DNA from: a virus
Lineage: Duplodnaviria > Heunggongvirae > Uroviricota > Caudoviricetes
Virus record (IMG/VR): IMGVR_UViG_2663763286_000006
Coordinates: 1-10,081 of that record
Length of the DNA stretch: 10,081 bases
Direction: 5' to 3' (one strand)
Numbering within the stretch: position 1 is the first letter of the stretch; each line of letters opens with the position of its first letter. A model generated the notes under the pieces. That model made no database searches. It saw nothing but the letters and a program-made list of their open reading frames with translations, and had not been told where the DNA came from. Of the stretch, positions 5,971 to 10,081 are shown in pieces. A program made the translations under genes and the position numbers.

Positions 5971-6672
5971 TTATTCTGATTCTCGCTCAAAAAATGAGCT
6001 GACAAGGGGAAGCCAATCCTCTGACACTTCGCGAGGTCGCGGTTTGCCGTGGAAAAAGATTATTCGGCAGTCTTTTGGTAATGCCCCATTCCCCCTGGAG
6101 TAACGCGCGCTCGCATATTTTGAACCAGGTTCCACAACATCGGCCTTGTAACTTACAAACCATCCTGGATACAGATCCTGAAATGCTGGTGTATCATCGC
6201 CCATAACCTTCCGTAAGAACCCCTGATCACCCCAGCACTCAGTAGTGACACAACGAGAAATCCAACCTTCCGGATCTTGCCAGAATGAACTCCAGATATG
6301 CGCTTTAACACTATTTGGTATCCACAGGGCACCGCTGCCACGATATTGTGGATGGTAAAAATCCCTAAGCATGGTGAAGCTGGTTGGTGGATGCTCTAGG
6401 ATTGGGCGTATATCACCGGCAATAACCGTGTCCAAATCCAGATAGAACAGATCATCGGTTATATCCGGTCGGAACAACTCGATTTTCGCCCACCAGCCAC
6501 GGCACTTTTGCCACTGGTTGATCAATGGGACAACTTTGACGCCAGGTACATGTAAACGCTTCAGGTCTGTCAGGCAAATAATTTCATAGCCTTTTGGCAG
6601 TTGATTAACCAGCCACTGCACATCGGAAGCGTTATAGTCACCACCAGAGCGAAAAACTAAAGCAATCTTCAT
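5971..6672 (-). CDS. Hypothetical protein, possibly GT-A-fold nucleotide-sugar transferase-like (DxD-like LDLD motif)
   Basis: 233-aa ORF whose start overlaps the phosphatase stop (ATGA). It contains …[27 protein letters not shown]…, reminiscent of the sugar-binding/DxD region of GT-A glycosyltransferases. This is a weak, memory-based resemblance. Confidence 0.45.
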   Translation of the reverse strand: MKIALVFRSGGDYNASDVQWLVNQLPKGYEIICLTDLKRLHVPGVKVVPLINQWQKCRGWWAKIELFRPDITDDLFYLDLDTVIAGDIRPILEHPPTSFTMLRDFYHPQYRGSGALWIPNSVKAHIWSSFWQDPEGWISRCVTTECWGDQGFLRKVMGDDTPAFQDLYPGWFVSYKADVVEPGSKYASARYSRGNGALPKDCRIIFFHGKPRPREVSEDWLPLVSSFFERESE

Positions 6673-7346
6673 GCTGCACCATCACCTTTCACTTTCATCA
6701 ATGTCAGGTTTCCGCAAAATACGGCACCAGTGTCGATATACTGCTGATTCCAGAATGTCTTCGGGCTTTTCACCGGAGTGTGACCAAAGATAAAACGATC
6801 TGCGCCCGAAATTTCGCCACCAATATCATCCATCGAATCACTGATACGCTCGCGCGCCCAGACAACGTTGAAAAGCGGCACCTCCTTACCGAATTGGTAT
6901 TCATTATCCGGATAGTCGGCATGGGCTATAACGATAGTTTCTTGCCCGGTGTTCAACTCAATGATATAGGGCAGACGCTTTACCAGCTCCACCAGCGCCC
7001 AGGCTAATATTTCCTGATCAGTGTCCAGCATGAAGAACCATTGTCCGCCATTCATTAGCCAGTTATTCACGTTGCCATCTGGACTTAACGCATCAATCAT
7101 CAGCCGCTCATGGTTCCCCATCACTGCCCTGAACCAGGGCATCTGCAATAGTTCCAGACATTCGACATTTTCAGTACCGCGATCGATAAGGTCGCCGACC
7201 GATATCAGTAAATCCTGCGCCGGGTCAAAATCCACACGATGGAGTTCGGACATCAGTCTGGTGTAGCAACCATGCAGATCACCAACAACCCAGACATTCC
7301 TGTATTTGGTACCGTCGATACGGTGATAAATTGTGGGTGCCATCAT
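6669..7346 (-). CDS. Serine/threonine protein phosphatase, calcineurin-like metallophosphatase (phage lambda PPase / PrpA-PrpB-like)
   Basis: Canonical signature GDLHG … GDLIDRG … GNHE (DXH-GDXXDRG-GNHE). Length and N-terminus ([28 protein letters not shown]) align with lambda PPase as I recall it. Start chosen at the ATG overlapping the upstream stop (ATGA) rather than the ORF-track ATG at 7361. Confidence 0.85.
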   Translation of the reverse strand: MMAPTIYHRIDGTKYRNVWVVGDLHGCYTRLMSELHRVDFDPAQDLLISVGDLIDRGTENVECLELLQMPWFRAVMGNHERLMIDALSPDGNVNNWLMNGGQWFFMLDTDQEILAWALVELVKRLPYIIELNTGQETIVIAHADYPDNEYQFGKEVPLFNVVWARERISDSMDDIGGEISGADRFIFGHTPVKSPKTFWNQQYIDTGAVFCGNLTLMKVKGDGAA

Positions 7347-7957
7347 GTATTCTTCAGCCATTCTTTAAGAGTCATCTGCGGAATACCTCCCATTTTCCCG
7401 CATGAAACAACGTCAATCCGTTCACGCGCAGACTGGAATAACAAAGGCAGGTGACTTAGATTTTTTGGCGTGCCGCCGGAGTGAACGCGTGGTTCTTGTG
7501 TAGCGTCAACGCCCACCAGGGCGACATGTTTGAATCCGATATGGAAAGCCAGGTTCAGAGCGCCATATGCACTATTGCCGCTGGCAATTTCATTCTCATC
7601 TTCGCAAAGTCCGAAATGTGCGGACCAGCGCCACGCCCACCACTCGGGAGAATGCTCCATGCCACGTTCAGCCACACGACGGAAGCACAGAACGCCGTCT
7701 CTGACTTCACGTTCTTTAACATCGGGTAGTGCCATGCAATAACAAACACCACGGCGACGGCGGCCACGACCAACGCGCCGCATATTGTCTGGCGATGGAT
7801 CAAGTGTGAAAAAATAAGAAGCGCGGTTCAGCCAGTCGATGGCCCCATTGACCGCTATAATCGGCACTCCGCGCGGCGCAACAAAGTTTGCGGCGCTTGG
7901 GCCACTGCCGACGATAATAACGCGATCACTGCCTCTAAATTTATTCTTGGGAAACAT
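7343..7957 (-). CDS. Hypothetical protein with N-terminal GSGPS nucleotide-binding-like motif (Cst-II/GT42-like or MptE/DUF115-like fold?), paralog 1
   Basis: Contains [10 protein letters not shown]…IIAVNG and later [16 protein letters not shown], which resemble the IIAGNGPSL and GYKEIYLSGID motifs of Campylobacter Cst-II-type sialyltransferases and DUF115 proteins (from memory). Clearly paralogous to the next gene upstream. Confidence 0.55.
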   Translation of the reverse strand: MFPKNKFRGSDRVIIVGSGPSAANFVAPRGVPIIAVNGAIDWLNRASYFFTLDPSPDNMRRVGRGRRRRGVCYCMALPDVKEREVRDGVLCFRRVAERGMEHSPEWWAWRWSAHFGLCEDENEIASGNSAYGALNLAFHIGFKHVALVGVDATQEPRVHSGGTPKNLSHLPLLFQSARERIDVVSCGKMGGIPQMTLKEWLKNT

Positions 7958-8484
7958 TGAATTGCACTGCTCCTACTTGCATTCAAAATATGTAAATCTG
8001 CGTGTTTTTTGCGGGTATCCAGGAACTGCTGTTGCCATTTTGAAATAGAAACCTGCGTTGGATTCCGTAGGGCTTGAGGGTGCGCGCCATGCCAATGAAG
8101 GCCGTTTTGCAGAGAACAGTCATAGCCGACTAATACCACTACTTCAGCCCCTGATTCAGCAGCCAGACTGATAGCCTGCGCGCCGCTATTTACCCCTTCC
8201 GCCGGTCCACAATATCGCCTGTACTCCAACGAAAATGATTTCGCCGCCGCCAGGTTGGCTGTCACTTTGCGGAATCTCCCTCCCGGTATGGTGGATCCGT
8301 ATTGCTTCCACCATGACAAATCACCGGCGTATAAGGCATAAATGTCATCGAACATCTGCCAGGAATTGTTAACCGCGATGATTGAACAGCCAGTTTTTTC
8401 TATAGCAGCACAGTCCTCACGAGTGAGTGACGGACCGCTACCGACACAAAAAACAGTCCTAGTCGCCCTGCGTGGTATGTTCAT
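7855..8484 (-). CDS. Hypothetical protein with GSGPS motif, paralog 2 (start placed at internal ATG by homology with paralog 1)
   Basis: Contains TVFCVGSGPS…IIAVNN and VVVLVGYDCS, matching paralog 1 motif for motif. Its C-terminal 34 codons overlap the start of paralog 1 by 103 nt. The ORF-track start at 8517 is an alternative. Confidence 0.5.
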   Translation of the reverse strand: MNIPRRATRTVFCVGSGPSLTREDCAAIEKTGCSIIAVNNSWQMFDDIYALYAGDLSWWKQYGSTIPGGRFRKVTANLAAAKSFSLEYRRYCGPAEGVNSGAQAISLAAESGAEVVVLVGYDCSLQNGLHWHGAHPQALRNPTQVSISKWQQQFLDTRKKHADLHILNASRSSAIQCFPRINLEAVIALLSSAVAQAPQTLLRRAECRL

Positions 8485-8680
8485 TCTCAGCTGCAAATTC
8501 AGCCTCCAGGCGAGCATTCATTTCAGCGATTACAGGGTCCACTACAGCATCTGTTTCCTGTTCATTACGCGGCATGATCGATGCCAGCGATTCATAATTA
8601 GCCTTGGATGACACGATTATTCTCCCGATGTTAATGTGCGCTATATCAAATGGCTCATATGTACTAATTAATTTATTATT

Positions 8681-9259
8681 TTAAGCAACATACAACCACT
8701 TGTCGCCGTTCAATACATGCTCAATAGCCTCACCCTTTTTAAGGCTTATGTATTCCAGGATGGCGGTTATCGCTTGTTCTGCACCATACGCAAGAACGAC
8801 GTAGTAACCTTCCTCTCTAAGCCTGCGCATCCAGGCGATCTGCTCTTTCGTCGGGGCTTTACCATTTGGTTCTTTAAGCTCAATTCGCATGCCGTGATAA
8901 ATACCGCATGCTTTATCGAGACTCATGTCCGGATAACCTTTTTTCTGCCCTTCAGCCTTCATTTTCCCGGCGGTTGCTTTTGAACGTTTCCATCCGTTAG
9001 GCGTTGCATGCAACAGCTCATAGATGTCAGGGTGCTTGCGTTCGAAGTAATCAAAAATGAAAACCTGCTCGAAGTGCTCGCAATTTCCGTCGCGCAGGTC
9101 TGGGTTCTTTGCCAGTGCTGCAAGTGCCTTCGCATGTGGAGAAACTTCTTTTACCGGCGCAAGCGATAAGAATGGATCCTTTTTGGTTTTTGGCCTGGAC
9201 CGCCCCTTATTTCGACGCTCACTAAAAGCCTGAAACTCTTCCTCAGTAAAGCGCAACAT
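8681..9259 (-). CDS. VRR-NUC domain (PD-(D/E)xK-type) nuclease-like protein
   Basis: C-terminal half has GYPDM … IELKEPNGKAPTKEQIAWMRRLREEGYYVVLAYG, matching the VRR-NUC pattern (PD … ExK … Q … G-hydrophobic). ATG start at 9259 lies 2 nt after the upstream stop. Confidence 0.6.
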   Translation of the reverse strand: MLRFTEEEFQAFSERRNKGRSRPKTKKDPFLSLAPVKEVSPHAKALAALAKNPDLRDGNCEHFEQVFIFDYFERKHPDIYELLHATPNGWKRSKATAGKMKAEGQKKGYPDMSLDKACGIYHGMRIELKEPNGKAPTKEQIAWMRRLREEGYYVVLAYGAEQAITAILEYISLKKGEAIEHVLNGDKWLYVA

Positions 9260-9261
9260 AA

Positions 9262-9507
9262 TCAGTCAAATCCTGCCGGTCGCATGCCATATTTACGCTG
9301 TTTTGCGGCCTGCTCTTCCCTGTGCCATTGCGCACATTCAGCGTCACAATTAATGCCTGATTCAATCGATTCATTGCAGTAACGACACTTCCCTGTAAAT
9401 ACCTGGCTCACGACCTGTGCCTGCTTTCTGATGTTATCGATGGCCATGTCTTTGAGAGCTTCTAACTGATTCATGCTCAGCTCTGCATCATCAACACGTT
9501 CTGCCAA
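9262..9507 (-). CDS. TraR/DksA-family C4 zinc-finger protein (lambda Orf73-like), TTG start
   Basis: CxxC…(17)…CxxxC arrangement (CRYCNESIESGINCDAEC) in a roughly 80-aa protein with an N-terminal helical segment. TTG at 9507 is preceded by GAGGAAA at 5 nt; an internal ATG 11 codons in is an alternative start. Confidence 0.5.
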   Translation of the reverse strand: MAERVDDAELSMNQLEALKDMAIDNIRKQAQVVSQVFTGKCRYCNESIESGINCDAECAQWHREEQAAKQRKYGMRPAGFD

Positions 9508-9564
9508 TTTTGTTTCCTCGTGAAGAACCTACTTAAGGGCAGAATGATACATTTCACATTCAAA

Positions 9565-9577
9565 ATTGCACTAATAA
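9565..9577 (+). repeat. Variant copy of the 13-mer motif (ATTGCACTAATAA, 1 mismatch), + orientation
   Basis: 12 of 13 identity to the motif at 5904-5916, located in the AT-rich region upstream of the first gene of the minus-strand gene array. Confidence 0.4.
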
Positions 9578-9700
9578 TTTTCTTTTATTGAGTTAAATAT
9601 TCAACAAATGACTAGCGGTAGAATCACCATCATCTATTTCTGGCAGGCTGACTATGGCTACATCAATCACTACAACCCAAAGCACCCGGCAATATCCTCT

Positions 9701-9725
9701 TGAACCGCCCCGGAAATCCTGGAGA
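9701..9725. repeat. IS left terminal inverted repeat (TGAACCGCCCCGGAAATCCTGGAGA)
   Basis: Inverted match to 137-161. Confidence 0.8.
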
Positions 9726-9754
9726 CTAAACTCCCTGAGAAAGAGGTAAACAGG

Positions 9755-10081
9755 ATGACTAAAAATACTCGTTTTTCCCCCGAGGTCCGTCAACGGGCAG
9801 TTCGTATGGTTCTGGAAAGTCAGGGCGAATATGACTCACAATGGGCGGCAATTTGTTCCATTGCCCCAAAGATTGGCTGTACACCAGAGACTCTGCGTGT
9901 GTGGGTTCGTCAGCATGAGCGGGATACCGGGAGTGGTGATGGTGGACTCACCACCGCTGAACGTCAGCGTCTGAAAGAGCTGGAACGTGAAAATCGTGAA
10001 CTGCGCCGCAGTAACGATATCCTTCGCCAGGCTTCCGCTTATTTTGCGAAGGCGGAGTTCGACCGCCTCTGGAAAAAATGA
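9755..10081 (+). CDS. IS3-family transposase OrfA (108 aa; helix-turn-helix and leucine-zipper region)
   Basis: [57 protein letters not shown]… followed by a leucine-zipper-like [30 protein letters not shown]. Ends in an A-rich stretch (GGAAAAAATGA) where the programmed -1 frameshift into orfB is expected in this family. Confidence 0.85.
   Translation: MTKNTRFSPEVRQRAVRMVLESQGEYDSQWAAICSIAPKIGCTPETLRVWVRQHERDTGSGDGGLTTAERQRLKELERENRELRRSNDILRQASAYFAKAEFDRLWKK

Larger units (their letters stand above)
9701..10081 (+). mobile_element. IS3-family insertion sequence (IS629/IS1203-like), left-hand end; truncated by the window edge
   Basis: Left terminal inverted repeat at 9701-9725, followed by a 108-codon orfA at 9755. 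The orientation is the same as the partial IS copy at 1..161. Confidence 0.85.

Noticed and set aside
6669-7361. Longer N-terminus ([10 protein letters not shown]…) for the phosphatase
   Set aside because: The ATG at 7346 overlaps the upstream stop (ATGA) and gives an N-terminal length matching lambda PPase; the extension would overlap the upstream gene by 19 nt.
9593-9793. 66-aa minus-strand ORF crossing the IS left inverted repeat
   Set aside because: Spans the IS boundary and runs antisense to the orfA start; a junction artefact.
1-10081. CRISPR arrays, tRNA/rRNA genes, integrase and att sites
   Set aside because: No regularly spaced direct repeats, no cloverleaf-compatible segments or rRNA-like conserved stretches noticed, and no tyrosine/serine recombinase motifs in any ORF.

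Overview
This window reads as a fragment of a lambdoid-type enterobacterial prophage accessory/early region (about 162..9700), bracketed by two partial copies of the same IS3-family insertion sequence (IS629/IS1203-like by my recollection; both in + orientation). Between them, about 17 tightly packed genes all lie on the minus strand, many joined by ATGA/GTGA stop-start overlaps. The best-supported calls are a lambda-PPase-like Ser/Thr metallophosphatase, a VRR-NUC-like nuclease, a TraR/DksA-like zinc-finger protein, an Ead/Ea22-like protein and a HAD-family phosphatase. Two tandem paralogs with a GSGPS nucleotide-binding-like motif and a GT-A-like protein sit beside the phosphatase. The unit is punctuated by intrinsic terminators, a 13-bp motif (ATTGCTCTAATAA) recurring at gene-module junctions, and an unannotated 28-codon hydrophobic peptide gene facing a convergent terminator. 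No integrase, repressor, structural, tRNA/rRNA or CRISPR features are visible. All homology statements are from motif recognition and memory, not database searches.
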